A DNA stretch of 39,984 bases from an uncultured Rhodoferax sp. (GTDB taxonomy: Bacteria; Pseudomonadota; Gammaproteobacteria; Burkholderiales; Burkholderiaceae_C). Positions 1 through 8,750 of the stretch are shown here, piece by piece. The stretch lies in contig CAZDDK010000002.1 in the NCBI GenBank assembly GCA_964504185.1, forward strand, positions 1 through 39,984, read 5' to 3'. Below the pieces are notes generated by a model. The model did no database searches. It was not told where the DNA came from and worked only from the letters and a program-made list of their open reading frames with translations. The first letter of the stretch is position 1, and the number at the start of each line of letters is the position of its first letter. A program made the position numbers and the translations under genes.

Positions 1-852
1 ATAGGCCCCCACGCTCCCCACTGCGTTGGGTTCGCTGCCCCCCAAGGGGGCATTCGCGCCTTGGGACGGCCCGGCGGCGCTCAAGTCCTGGCTCTGAGGG
101 GCATCCAGGGTTTTCGCACGCACAGTGTCACGCAACTGGCGTCCAAATTTCTCATTCATCACGTCGTCACTCAGATACGTGATGTGGCCAATCATGCGGG
201 CAATCCGCAGGCCGCGCTTGGGAACCGTGCCGTGCGCGTAATAGTGCCCGCCATGAAAGTCGGGGTCGGTGACGATGGCGCGGCGGGCGACCTCGTTGAA
301 GGCAATGTTTTCTGCCGTGAGATTGGGGGCGCTGGCCACCACCACGGCGTGGCGCACACGGCTGGGGTACTGTAGAGTCCAGGACAGCGCCTGCATGCCG
401 CCCAGCGAGCCGCCCATGACCGCCGCCAGTGTCTGGATGCCCAGCGCATCAAGCAGCCTCGCCTGGGCGTTGACCCAATCCTCGACCGTGACCACCGGAA
501 AGTCGGCACCATAGACTTTTCCGGTGTCCGGGTGGATGTGCATGGGGCCGGTGGAGCCAAAGCAGGAACCCAGGTTATTGACGCCAATGACGAAAAAACG
601 ATTGGTGTCCACCGGTTTGCCGGGTCCGATCATGTTGTCCCACCAGCCCTCTGAGTTGGGCTTGCCCTCATAGACCCCGGCCACATGGTGCGAGGCGTTG
701 AGTGCATGGCAGATCAGTACGGCGTTGTTGCGCTCGGCGTTGAGCGCGCCATAGGTTTCAAAACTGAGGGAGTAGTCACGCAAGGCCGCGCCGCTTTGCA
801 GGGGCAATGCGTCGGCAAAGTGCTGTGACTGGGGTGTCGCGATCAAAGGCAT
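1..852 (-). CDS. metX: Homoserine O-acyltransferase (MetX family), 3' end runs off the window
   Basis: Manual translation from ATG 852: [21 protein letters not shown]...[28 protein letters not shown]...[11 protein letters not shown]...[21 protein letters not shown]. Frame is open to base 1. Missing from the ORF track because no stop lies in the window. Confidence 0.95.
   Translation of the reverse strand, partial: MPLIATPQSQHFADALPLQSGAALRDYSLSFETYGALNAERNNAVLICHALNASHHVAGVYEGKPNSEGWWDNMIGPGKPVDTNRFFVIGVNNLGSCFGSTGPMHIHPDTGKVYGADFPVVTVEDWVNAQARLLDALGIQTLAAVMGGSLGGMQALSWTLQYPSRVRHAVVVASAPNLTAENIAFNEVARRAIVTDPDFHGGHYYAHGTVPKRGLRIARMIGHITYLSDDVMNEKFGRQLRDTVRAKTLDAPQSQDLSAAGPSQGANAPLGGSEPNAVGSVGAY
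4..84. repeat. Multi-hairpin palindromic element embedded in frame in metX
   Basis: Hairpins TGCCCCC-caa-GGGGGCA (36-52) and GCGCC..GGG-acgg-CCC..GGCGC (56-80). The 81 bp (27 codons) translate as [27 protein letters not shown]. Confidence 0.6.
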
Positions 853-871
853 CTCCAAGCCAAATATCCAT

Positions 872-906
872 AAAAAACCCGGCGACGCTAAATGCGGAGC
901 CGGGTT
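872..906 (-). terminator. Intrinsic terminator in the metX leader (riboswitch expression platform)
   Basis: Minus strand AACCCGGC-N15-GCCGGGTT followed by TTTT, ending about 20 nt before the metX ATG. Confidence 0.75.
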
Positions 907-925
907 GCCTGGGGGGTAGCCTTTG

Positions 926-992
926 CCGTCTTTAGCTGTATTTCGAAGCTCTGGGGCTTCGGCGCCCGCAATCGTGGGTTCAAATCGGCGCG
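926..992 (-). ncRNA. SAM-II class riboswitch aptamer
   Basis: Minus strand CGCGCC-GATTTG-AACCCACGA-TTGC-G-GGCGC...AAATACAGCTAAAGACGG matches SAM-II hallmarks (GAUUU, UUGC, AAAUNNAGCUAAA), directly upstream of metX. Confidence 0.85.
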
Positions 993-1042
993 TGGGGCCT
1001 AGTATAAATCCAGATTCCGTGTCCTATTGCAAAGGGGTTTTC

Positions 1043-1933
1043 ATGTCCGAGCTGTATGGGTCCGATGCCTATGCGCCACGGGAGGTGGCGTTGCGGGTGG
1101 AGACGGTGGGTGTTGCCAAGGCACGCATGGCGTTGCTGCCCCTCCTGATGCTGGGGCTGCTGGCCGGAGCGTTCATCGGCATGGGTGCCATGTTTTACAC
1201 CCTGGTCAAGTCCGACCCCACGCTGGGCTTTGCCACCAGTGCGGTGCTGGGGGGGATGGCGTTTTCACTGGGGCTCTTGCTGGTGGTCGTGGCAGGCGCG
1301 GAACTGTTCACTGGAAACAACTTGCTGGCCATGGCCTGGGCCGATGGCACAGTCACCTCGCGCGAGGTGCTGCGCAACTGGGTGCTGGTGTGCCTGGCCA
1401 ATCTCGTGGGCGCGGCGGGTTTGGCGGTGCTGGTGTTTGCCAGCGGCCACACTGGCCTGAACGGCGGAGCCATTGGCCAACAGGTCGTGAAGATTGCACT
1501 GGCCAAACAAGTCTTGCCGTGGGAGCAGGCGTTCTTTCGCGGGGTGCTGTGCAATGTGCTGGTCTGCATGGCCGTGTGGATGGCCATGGCCGGGCGCAGC
1601 GTGACCGACAAGGTCGTGGCGATCGTGCCTCCGGTCACCGCGTTTGTGGCGGCGGGTTTTGAGCACAGCATTGCCAATATGTACTTCATGCCATTGGCCA
1701 TGCTGGTGCAGCAATGGGGCCCAGGTGCTGTGACGGGGGCGGCCATGGTCAGCCCGTCTGGCATGGCCGGCAATTTGCTGCCGGTCATCGCCGGCAACCT
1801 GGTGGGTGGCAGTGTGCTGGTGGGACTCAGCTACTACGTGGTTTACCGGCGTGGCGCGCCGGCCGCTGCAGTGGCAGCGCCCACAGTTCCCGCACGCCCG
1901 GGCGTGGACGCGCAGCGCCAGCGTGGTGGCTGA
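1043..1933 (+). CDS. Formate/nitrite transporter (FNT) family
   Basis: Motifs AGAELFTGNN, LANLVGA, GVLCNVLVCMAVW, GFEHSIANM, GNLVGG. ATG 1043 follows an AAAGGGG RBS-like tract. Confidence 0.93.
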   Translation: MSELYGSDAYAPREVALRVETVGVAKARMALLPLLMLGLLAGAFIGMGAMFYTLVKSDPTLGFATSAVLGGMAFSLGLLLVVVAGAELFTGNNLLAMAWADGTVTSREVLRNWVLVCLANLVGAAGLAVLVFASGHTGLNGGAIGQQVVKIALAKQVLPWEQAFFRGVLCNVLVCMAVWMAMAGRSVTDKVVAIVPPVTAFVAAGFEHSIANMYFMPLAMLVQQWGPGAVTGAAMVSPSGMAGNLLPVIAGNLVGGSVLVGLSYYVVYRRGAPAAAVAAPTVPARPGVDAQRQRGG

Positions 1934-1961
1934 ATTGCCCCAGCGTGGGAACAACCCATTC

Positions 1962-2029
1962 TGGCGCATTTCTTGCTTTCATTTGGTGCAGTTTTGAAAA
2001 TTGCATCAAAACTGCACCAATAAGCAGCA
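1962..2029 (+). promoter_or_regulatory. Sigma54 -24/-12 element plus two NtrC-like boxes upstream of amt
   Basis: TGGCGCATTTCTTGC (1962-1976, GG-N10-GC). TGC-N11-GCA boxes: TGCTTTCATTTGGTGCA (1974-1990) and TGCACCAATAAGCAGCA (2013-2029). Confidence 0.6.
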
Positions 2030-2049
2030 TTTCACACATAGAGGTTGAT

Positions 2050-3252
2050 ATGGAAGCACTCAAACAGGGCGCAGACACCTTGTTCATTCTTCTGGGCGGC
2101 ATCATGGTTCTGGCCATGCACGCCGGTTTCGCGTTTCTGGAGCTCGGCACCGTCCGCCGCAAGAACCAGGTCAATGCACTGGTCAAGATCCTGGTGGACT
2201 TTTCGGTTTCCACCGTGGTGTATTTCATGGTTGGCTATGCCGTAGCCTATGGCACCAGCTTCTTTGTGGGCGCAGAAGTACTGGCCGCCAAGAACGGCTA
2301 TGAGCTGGTGAAGTTTTTCTTCCTGCTGACTTTCGCCGCCGCCATTCCGGCCATCATCTCGGGAGGCATTGCTGAACGCGCACGCTTTTGGCCTCAACTG
2401 ATTGCAACTGCCGTCATCGTTGGCTTTGTCTATCCCTTCTTTGAAGGCATCGTGTGGAACCAGCATTTTGGGGTGCAGGCCTGGATCAAGGGCCTGACCG
2501 GGGAAGAGTTCCACGATTTTGCCGGCAGTGTGGTGGTGCACGCGGTGGGTGGCTGGATTGCCTTGCCCGCCGTTATTCTGCTGGGTGCGCGAAGCAACCG
2601 CTACCGCAAAGATGGTGCCATCTCCGCGCATCCGCCGTCAAGCATCCCTTTTCTGGCGTTAGGTGCCTGGATTTTGACAGTGGGCTGGTTCGGATTCAAC
2701 GTCATGAGTGCGCAGACCCTGGACAAGATCTCCGGCCTGGTGGCCGTCAACTCCCTGATGGCCATGGTCGGCGGCACGCTGGCGGCGCTGGTGGCGGGCA
2801 AAAACGACCCCGGCTTTGTGCACAACGGACCGTTGGCCGGTTTGGTGGCCGTGTGCGCCGGTTCTGACCTGATGCACCCGTTGGGTGCATTGGTGGTGGG
2901 TGCCCTGGCCGGAACGGTCTTCGTAGTGATGTTCACGCTCACCCAAAACAAGTGGAAGATCGACGACGTGCTGGGTGTGTGGCCGTTGCACGGCCTGTGT
3001 GGCACCCTGGGCGGCGTGGCGGCGGGCATCTTTGGCAGCAAGGCGCTGGGCGGGCTGGGTGGCGTCTCCTTCGCGGGCCAACTCATCGGTACGGCCATGG
3101 GGGTGGCGTGGGCCACTCTGGGGGGGCTGGTGGTCTATGGCGTGCTAAAGGCGGCCACTGGACTGCGCCTGAGCCAGGAAGAGGAATTCGACGGCGCGGA
3201 CCTGTCCATTCACAAGATCAGTGCCACTCCGGAGCGGGAAGCCAACTGGTAA
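2050..3252 (+). CDS. amt: Ammonium transporter (Amt family)
   Basis: MHAGFAFLELG, HDFAGSVVVHAVGG, GWFGFN, DDVLGVWPLHG motifs. GAGG RBS before ATG 2050. Confidence 0.95.
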   Translation: MEALKQGADTLFILLGGIMVLAMHAGFAFLELGTVRRKNQVNALVKILVDFSVSTVVYFMVGYAVAYGTSFFVGAEVLAAKNGYELVKFFFLLTFAAAIPAIISGGIAERARFWPQLIATAVIVGFVYPFFEGIVWNQHFGVQAWIKGLTGEEFHDFAGSVVVHAVGGWIALPAVILLGARSNRYRKDGAISAHPPSSIPFLALGAWILTVGWFGFNVMSAQTLDKISGLVAVNSLMAMVGGTLAALVAGKNDPGFVHNGPLAGLVAVCAGSDLMHPLGALVVGALAGTVFVVMFTLTQNKWKIDDVLGVWPLHGLCGTLGGVAAGIFGSKALGGLGGVSFAGQLIGTAMGVAWATLGGLVVYGVLKAATGLRLSQEEEFDGADLSIHKISATPEREANW

Positions 3253-3286
3253 ACCCGCCCCGCGCTGCGGCGCGGAGGCGTGCGAG

Positions 3287-3311
3287 AACCCGGCCCCACG
3301 CCGGGTTTTTT
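3287..3311 (+). terminator. Rho-independent terminator after amt
   Basis: AACCCGGC-cccac-GCCGGGTT followed by a T tract. Confidence 0.8.
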
Positions 3312-3479
3312 GTTTGCGCGTCAGAATCCTTGAACCAATATTTGCATTCGTTTCGAATTTATTGAATTATTGCGACAAGGAATTTGAAGTTTTTGAACCC
3401 TGGGGCAGCCTAAACTTCTTCCCACTACCAGCGGATAGCCACCGGTCCAACACCCGTAAGCCCTTGCCAAACACGCCCC

Positions 3480-4040
3480 ATGCACACTGCCTCCACCCCA
3501 CGCCGCTACAGCGGTCTGTCCATTGCCTTGCACTGGCTGTTGGCTATCGCCCTGGTCGGCCTGTTCGGCATGGGGGTCTACATGGCCGACCTGCCGTTTT
3601 CCCCGCAGCGCCTGAAACTGTACAACTGGCACAAATGGGCCGGCGTCACCGTGCTGGTGCTCTCCGCCGCGCGCCTGTTGTGGCGCCTCACGCACCGGCC
3701 GCCCGAACTCCCGCAGGCCGTGACCCAGGCGATGCCCGACTGGCAATTGCGGGCCTACCATGCCACCCACGGGTTGATGTACGCCCTGTTTTTCATCGTG
3801 CCGCTGGTGGGCTGGGCCTACAGTTCGGCGGCGGGTTTTCCCATCGTGTGGTTTGGCGTGGTGGCCCTGCCCGATTTTGTGTCGACCGACAAGGCACTGG
3901 CCGAATTGATCAAGCCGCTGCACCAAGTATCCGCCTTCGCACTGGCCGCTTTGGTGGTGCTGCACGTCGGTGCGGCGCTCAAGCACCACTGGATCGACAA
4001 GGACGGACTGCTCCAGCGCATGCTGCCCGGTCCTCGGTGA
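3480..4040 (+). CDS. Cytochrome b561 (YceJ/CybB family)
   Basis: LHWLLA, HKWAG, HGLMY, LHVGAALKHH heme-ligand pattern; adjacent to YceI genes. Confidence 0.92.
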   Translation: MHTASTPRRYSGLSIALHWLLAIALVGLFGMGVYMADLPFSPQRLKLYNWHKWAGVTVLVLSAARLLWRLTHRPPELPQAVTQAMPDWQLRAYHATHGLMYALFFIVPLVGWAYSSAAGFPIVWFGVVALPDFVSTDKALAELIKPLHQVSAFALAALVVLHVGAALKHHWIDKDGLLQRMLPGPR

Positions 4041-4080
4041 CCACCACCACCTGCAAAGCCCCAAACTACGAACCCTTCCT

Positions 4081-4659
4081 ATGACCGCATTGACCCCCTC
4101 TATCCGTGCCACCGGCTTGCTGCTGCTGGCCGCAACTACCAGCGCCGCCGTTCAGGCGCAGCAAAAACTGGTGCCGGCGCACAGCACGATCGGCTTTGTC
4201 AGCAAGCAAATGGGCGTGCCGGTGGAGGGACGTTTCAAGAAGTTCGATGCCCAGATCGCCTTTGACCCTGCCAAACCGCAGGCGGGGAAAATCGCCTTCA
4301 CGGTGGACATTGCCAGCGCCACACTGGGTTCGCCCGAGCCGGATGCGGAACTGCCCAAGGCCGAGTGGTTCAACACCGCCAAGTTTCCGCAGGCCAGCTT
4401 CCAGTCCGGCAGCATCAAGGCCCTGGGCGGTGGGAAATTTGAAGTCGCTGGCAAGCTTGCCATCAAGGGAGCCAGCCAGGACGCGGTGATACCCGTCACG
4501 CTGACGGCCACCGGTGCCACGACAGTCGCCACGGGCAGCTTCACCCTCAAGCGCCTGGCCTACAAGATCGGCGAAAAGGAGTGGGCCGACACCTCCATGG
4601 TCGCCGATGACGTGCAGGTCACATTCAAGCTGGCACTCACCGGTGTCGGCAAGTTCTGA
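4081..4659 (+). CDS. YceI family periplasmic polyisoprenoid-binding protein
   Basis: Signal peptide; STIGFVSKQMGVPVEGRF, WFNTAKFPQASF, GKLAIKG. Confidence 0.9.
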   Translation: MTALTPSIRATGLLLLAATTSAAVQAQQKLVPAHSTIGFVSKQMGVPVEGRFKKFDAQIAFDPAKPQAGKIAFTVDIASATLGSPEPDAELPKAEWFNTAKFPQASFQSGSIKALGGGKFEVAGKLAIKGASQDAVIPVTLTATGATTVATGSFTLKRLAYKIGEKEWADTSMVADDVQVTFKLALTGVGKF

Positions 4660-4705
4660 TTTCCCCCCAACCCCTGTTCACTTTTTTTACATGGAGCCTT
4701 TCAAC

Positions 4706-5281
4706 ATGCGCAAATCCCTTCTTGGCCTGGCCATTGCCACCACCTTGCTGTCCGCAGGCGCGCACGCGCAAACCGCGACCTATGCGATGGACCCATCCCA
4801 TACATTTGTGACGTTTGAGATCAGCCACTTCGGAGCCTCCACCAACCGGGGGCGCTTTGACAAGAAGGAAGGCACGGTGCAACTGGACCGCGCCGGCAAG
4901 ACCGGCAAGGTGGAAGTCACCATCGACGCGGCTTCCGTGAACACCGGTTTCGCCGCCTTTGAGAAGCACCTCAAGAACGCCGACTTGTTCAACGTCGAGA
5001 AATTTCCCACAATCAAATTCACGTCTGAGAAGTTCGTGTTTGATGGCGACAAGGTATCGGAAGTGCAAGGCAACCTGACCCTCCTGGGCAAGACGCAGCC
5101 CGTGACACTGAAGGCCAGCCAGTTCAACTGCTACCAAAGCCCCATGCTCAAGCGTGAAGTCTGCGGTGGCGATTTCGAGACCACCATCGACCGCACTGCC
5201 TTTGGCATGAACTACGGCATCGACTGGGGCTTTCCCAAGAACGTGCGCCTGGTGATCCAGGTGGAAGCCATCAAGCAATAA
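4706..5281 (+). CDS. YceI family protein (second paralog)
   Basis: Signal peptide; DPSHTFVTFEISHFGAS...GRF, GNLTLLGKTQPV, IDRTAFGM. Confidence 0.92.
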   Translation: MRKSLLGLAIATTLLSAGAHAQTATYAMDPSHTFVTFEISHFGASTNRGRFDKKEGTVQLDRAGKTGKVEVTIDAASVNTGFAAFEKHLKNADLFNVEKFPTIKFTSEKFVFDGDKVSEVQGNLTLLGKTQPVTLKASQFNCYQSPMLKREVCGGDFETTIDRTAFGMNYGIDWGFPKNVRLVIQVEAIKQ

Positions 5282-5298
5282 CGGCTTCGCGCGGGGCC

Positions 5299-5637
5299 TC
5301 AGCGGTTCAGTGCCAACAAGGTGGTGATGACGGCAATGCCGCACGTGGCCAGCTGAACCACGCTGAAGGCCACCCCCCACAGCCAGCACGCCGCTGGCTG
5401 CACCAGCGCCTGAAGACTCCAATAGGTCCACACCAGGGCGGCCAGGGTGACCACCACCTCGGCGGCCACCAGCACCACGGCAAGCACGGAGGCCGTGGCC
5501 ATGGTCAGGCCTTCGGCCACCGAGGCGACCAAGACGATGCCCAGCAGATACGCCAGCACGCACGCGCCCCAGGCGCGCAGCAGGACCCACAGGACGCGCA
5601 GAACAATGGGGGTAGGTGCGGGGCTTGCAGGGTTCAT
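5299..5637 (-). CDS. Small hypothetical membrane protein (about 3 TM)
   Basis: Hydrophobic ORF filling the gap between yceI and the LivJ-type gene; no recognised family. Confidence 0.55.
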   Translation of the reverse strand: MNPASPAPTPIVLRVLWVLLRAWGACVLAYLLGIVLVASVAEGLTMATASVLAVVLVAAEVVVTLAALVWTYWSLQALVQPAACWLWGVAFSVVQLATCGIAVITTLLALNR

Positions 5638-5704
5638 GGCCACAGCTTAACCGCAGTGCGGACCCCGCGCACACCACAGGCCCTGTCGCCACGCCAATCA
5701 CGAA

Positions 5705-5760
5705 TGCTATATAATGTATAGCTACAAACCCAATGAATACGCGGGCTAGATGGCCATTTA
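5705..5760 (+). repeat. Bipartite dispersed motif, copy 1
   Basis: GCTAT(5706)-ATAATGT-ATAGC-N17-CGCGGGCTAG(5740-5749). Confidence 0.85.
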
Positions 5761-5884
5761 CCCATAATCGTTTGGCCTGACAACGGCCTGACGACCAGGC
5801 CCTGCATCAGGGTAAACCACCGCCTGCGGGCGCGGGCAGTGCGCCTAGACTGTCGCGCACCCCCCTCACAACGGAGACACATCG

Positions 5885-7087
5885 ATGCGCACACCCCCCC
5901 GCTGGATTGCCGCACTGGCAGGAATGACCGCCCTGTGCGTGTCGCTGGCCGCACACGCACAAAGCGCGCCCACCCTCAAGCTGGGGGTGATAGGCCCGTT
6001 CACCGGCCCTTCCTCGGACTTTGGCGTGCTCATGCTGCAAGGCGTGCAATTGGCCACCGAGGAAATCAACGCGGTGGGGGGCTACATGGGCCGCAAGCTG
6101 GAACTGGTCATCAAGGACGACCAGGCCAATCCGGATATGGGCCTCAAAGGCTCGCAAGAACTGGTGGCCGCTGGTGTGGCTGCCACCATCGGGTTTTGCA
6201 ACACCGGGGTGGCGCAAAAGTCGCTGGAGGTGTTTCAGACCGCCCAATCACCACTGATCATTCCCTGTGCCACCGGCTCGCCGCTGACGGCCAAGTACCC
6301 GGCACCGCAGAGCTACATCTTTCGCACCTCGGCCAAGGATGCCATTCAGGCACCCTTCGTGGTGGAAGACATCGTCAAGCGCGGCTGGACCCGGGTGGCC
6401 ATTTTTGCCGACACCACGGGCTATGGCGATGCCGGGCTGAAGGACGTGGAGGCGGCATTGGCCGCCAAGGACCTCAAGGCGGTCTATGTGGCGCGCTTCG
6501 CACTGGGGGTGAAGGACCTGCAAAACGAGCTAAGGGCCGCACGCGACGCCGGTGCCGACGTCGTGTTCAGCTACACCGTGGGGGCAGAGAACGCCGTCAT
6601 CGCCAATGGCCGCAAGGAACTGAAGTGGAAAGTGCCGCAGGTCGGTGCCTGGCCGTTGTCCTTTCCATTCTTCATCAATGGGGCCAAGGATGCCGCCGAA
6701 GGTGCCATGATGGCGCAAACCTTCATAGCCGAGCCCAGCAACGAGCGCAGGGCCTCGTTCCTGACCTCGTACAAACGCAAATTCCAGACCACCATGGCCG
6801 TCCCCATGGCCGCAGCGCAGGGCTATGACAGTGTGTACCTGCTGGCGTTTTCGTTGTTTGGTGTGCGCGATGGCAATCCGACCGGGCCGGTGCTCAAGGC
6901 CGCGCTGGAGAACATCAGCCGCGTGTACTACGGCGTGGTGGCGACCTACGAGCGCCCATTCAGCCTGAACGACAAGGATGCCATCACCCCGAACATGCTG
7001 GTCATGGGCAAGGTCAGCAACGGGGTGGTCACCTTTGCCCGCCCGGAAGACGCCAAGCGCAACCTGGTCGTCAAACGCAAGAACTGA
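5885..7087 (+). CDS. LivJ/LivK-like ABC transporter substrate-binding protein
   Basis: Signal peptide; KLGVIGPFTG, EEINAVGG..GRKLELVIKDDQ, YIFR, AAQGYD. No permease genes adjacent. Confidence 0.9.
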   Translation: MRTPPRWIAALAGMTALCVSLAAHAQSAPTLKLGVIGPFTGPSSDFGVLMLQGVQLATEEINAVGGYMGRKLELVIKDDQANPDMGLKGSQELVAAGVAATIGFCNTGVAQKSLEVFQTAQSPLIIPCATGSPLTAKYPAPQSYIFRTSAKDAIQAPFVVEDIVKRGWTRVAIFADTTGYGDAGLKDVEAALAAKDLKAVYVARFALGVKDLQNELRAARDAGADVVFSYTVGAENAVIANGRKELKWKVPQVGAWPLSFPFFINGAKDAAEGAMMAQTFIAEPSNERRASFLTSYKRKFQTTMAVPMAAAQGYDSVYLLAFSLFGVRDGNPTGPVLKAALENISRVYYGVVATYERPFSLNDKDAITPNMLVMGKVSNGVVTFARPEDAKRNLVVKRKN

Positions 7088-7147
7088 CCGCCGAATCTGC
7101 TACGCTGTGCGCCTGGTTTCCATCCCATTTTTCATGAAAGGCTTGCC

Positions 7148-7468
7148 ATGTCTGAATCCCCCTCCACTGCCCTGAGTGCCCAGGAAAAGCTCGTGACGGA
7201 CATCCGGGCCGTGATTGCCGATGCGGAAGAAATCCTGCACGCCACGGCGGACCAGACCGGTGAAAAGATTGCCGCCTTGCGCGTGCGCATCCAGGACCGC
7301 CTGCTCGACGCCCGCGAACGCCTGACCGCAGCGGAGATCCTCCTCGTGGACAAGACCCGCGCTGCCGCACGCGCCACCGACGACTACGTCCATGCCAACC
7401 CCTGGCAGGCCGTGGGCATTGGTGCCGGCATCGGTTTCCTGCTCGGCCTGGCGCTGGGCCGCCGCTAG
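7148..7468 (+). CDS. YqjD/ElaB (DUF883) family protein
   Basis: C-terminal DDYVHANPWQAVGIGAGIGFLLGLALGRR. Confidence 0.92.
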   Translation: MSESPSTALSAQEKLVTDIRAVIADAEEILHATADQTGEKIAALRVRIQDRLLDARERLTAAEILLVDKTRAAARATDDYVHANPWQAVGIGAGIGFLLGLALGRR

Positions 7469-7486
7469 CCCGCAACGGCCCCGCGC

Positions 7487-7891
7487 ATGTTCAACGCCCA
7501 AGGCGACGCCAGCACCTGGAGCTCCGTCCAGGCCAAGGCCGCCACGCTGCTCGCCGTGGGACAGACGCGGCTGGAGCTGCTGGGCAACGAGCTGGAGGTC
7601 GGGCGCGTCACCGCCATGCGCCAACTCGTTCTGGCACTGTCGCTGCTGTTCTGCGTGGCCTTGGGCGTGGTGTTAACCATCATCGGCCTGACCCTGCTGT
7701 TTTGGGAGCAGCGCCTGGTGGTGGTCGCCTTGGCGGGGGCGCTGGTCTGGGTCCTGGCCCTGTATTTCTACTTCGCCATGCGCAGCCAGGCCCACCGCAC
7801 CGAACCCCTGTTTGCCGCCAGCCTGGCGGAACTGCAGGAAGACCTGCGCCAGCTCAAGGCCGCATCCCGCCATGGACCCACGCCTGATTGA
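7487..7891 (+). CDS. YqjE-like (phage holin superfamily) membrane protein
   Basis: QTRLELLGNELE, two TM segments, FAASLAELQED; follows the YqjD-like gene. Confidence 0.85.
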   Translation: MFNAQGDASTWSSVQAKAATLLAVGQTRLELLGNELEVGRVTAMRQLVLALSLLFCVALGVVLTIIGLTLLFWEQRLVVVALAGALVWVLALYFYFAMRSQAHRTEPLFAASLAELQEDLRQLKAASRHGPTPD

Positions 7892-8186
7892 CCTGTATGT
7901 GCAGCGGGGACGCCTGCGCGAGCGCATTGGCGCGCAGCGTACCCAGGTGGCGCGCGACCTGGCACCGCTGGGTGCCGCACTGCACACGGTGGACCGGGGG
8001 CGGGCACTGCTGCACCAGTCCCGCCTGTGGCTGGTGGCCCATCCGGCGCTGGTGACCACGGCGGTGGTGACGCTGCTGGTCTGGCGACCGCGCACCGTTG
8101 TGCGGGCCGCACGGGGCGGGTATTTCCTGTGGCGCAATGCGTCCCGCCTGAGCGAATGGGTGTCGATAGGCCTGCGCGCGCGGTGA
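7872..8186 (+). CDS. YqjK-like protein
   Basis: RGRLRERIGAQR...LLVWRPR; third gene of the yqjD-E-K arrangement. Confidence 0.8.
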   Translation: MDPRLIDLYVQRGRLRERIGAQRTQVARDLAPLGAALHTVDRGRALLHQSRLWLVAHPALVTTAVVTLLVWRPRTVVRAARGGYFLWRNASRLSEWVSIGLRAR

Positions 8187-8209
8187 ACGCCGTGCCGGAT
8201 AATCTGCCC

Positions 8210-8623
8210 ATGGAGCCCACGCCCCCCCACCCCCCAGCCACCGAGTCCGCGCAAGCCGGGCCGGGCCAGGCGGCGTTCGATCCGGACAAGACGGTCTCCT
8301 ACCAGTCGCGCCTGAAACGCGCACCCAAGTGGTTCCACTCGTTCCTGGCCAGCAACAGCCGCGAGAAAAACCGCCTTCGCCACGAACTGGGCAAGATCAA
8401 GGGAGCCATTCCCTTGCTGATGAAGCCCCGCAATGGCGTCAAATGGACGGACCAGGACCGCACCGATCTGCAGCAAATGTTGCGGGCCGCCTCAGCGGTC
8501 TATCCCTACCTGATCATCTGGGCGCTCCCCGGTTCCCTTGTGTTGCTGCCGTTCCTGGCCTGGCATCTGGATGCCCGCCGCAAGGACCGCGAACGCCGCA
8601 CCGGCGAACGCTCTGAGGTATAA
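8210..8623 (+). CDS. Hypothetical protein with C-terminal hydrophobic hairpin
   Basis: PLLMKPRNG..W...PYLIIWALPGSLVLLPFLAWHLDARR; start codon uncertain. Confidence 0.65.
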   Translation: MEPTPPHPPATESAQAGPGQAAFDPDKTVSYQSRLKRAPKWFHSFLASNSREKNRLRHELGKIKGAIPLLMKPRNGVKWTDQDRTDLQQMLRAASAVYPYLIIWALPGSLVLLPFLAWHLDARRKDRERRTGERSEV

Positions 8624-8750
8624 ATACAGCGCCCGCGCCTGACGCCGCGGTGGCCGCCTGCGATCCAGCACGGCCCACCCGTGCCGCAAGGGAAACACGC
8701 TCCAGTGGCGCACCGTCAGGTTCACTCTCTCTATCGGAAAGATCCATTGC

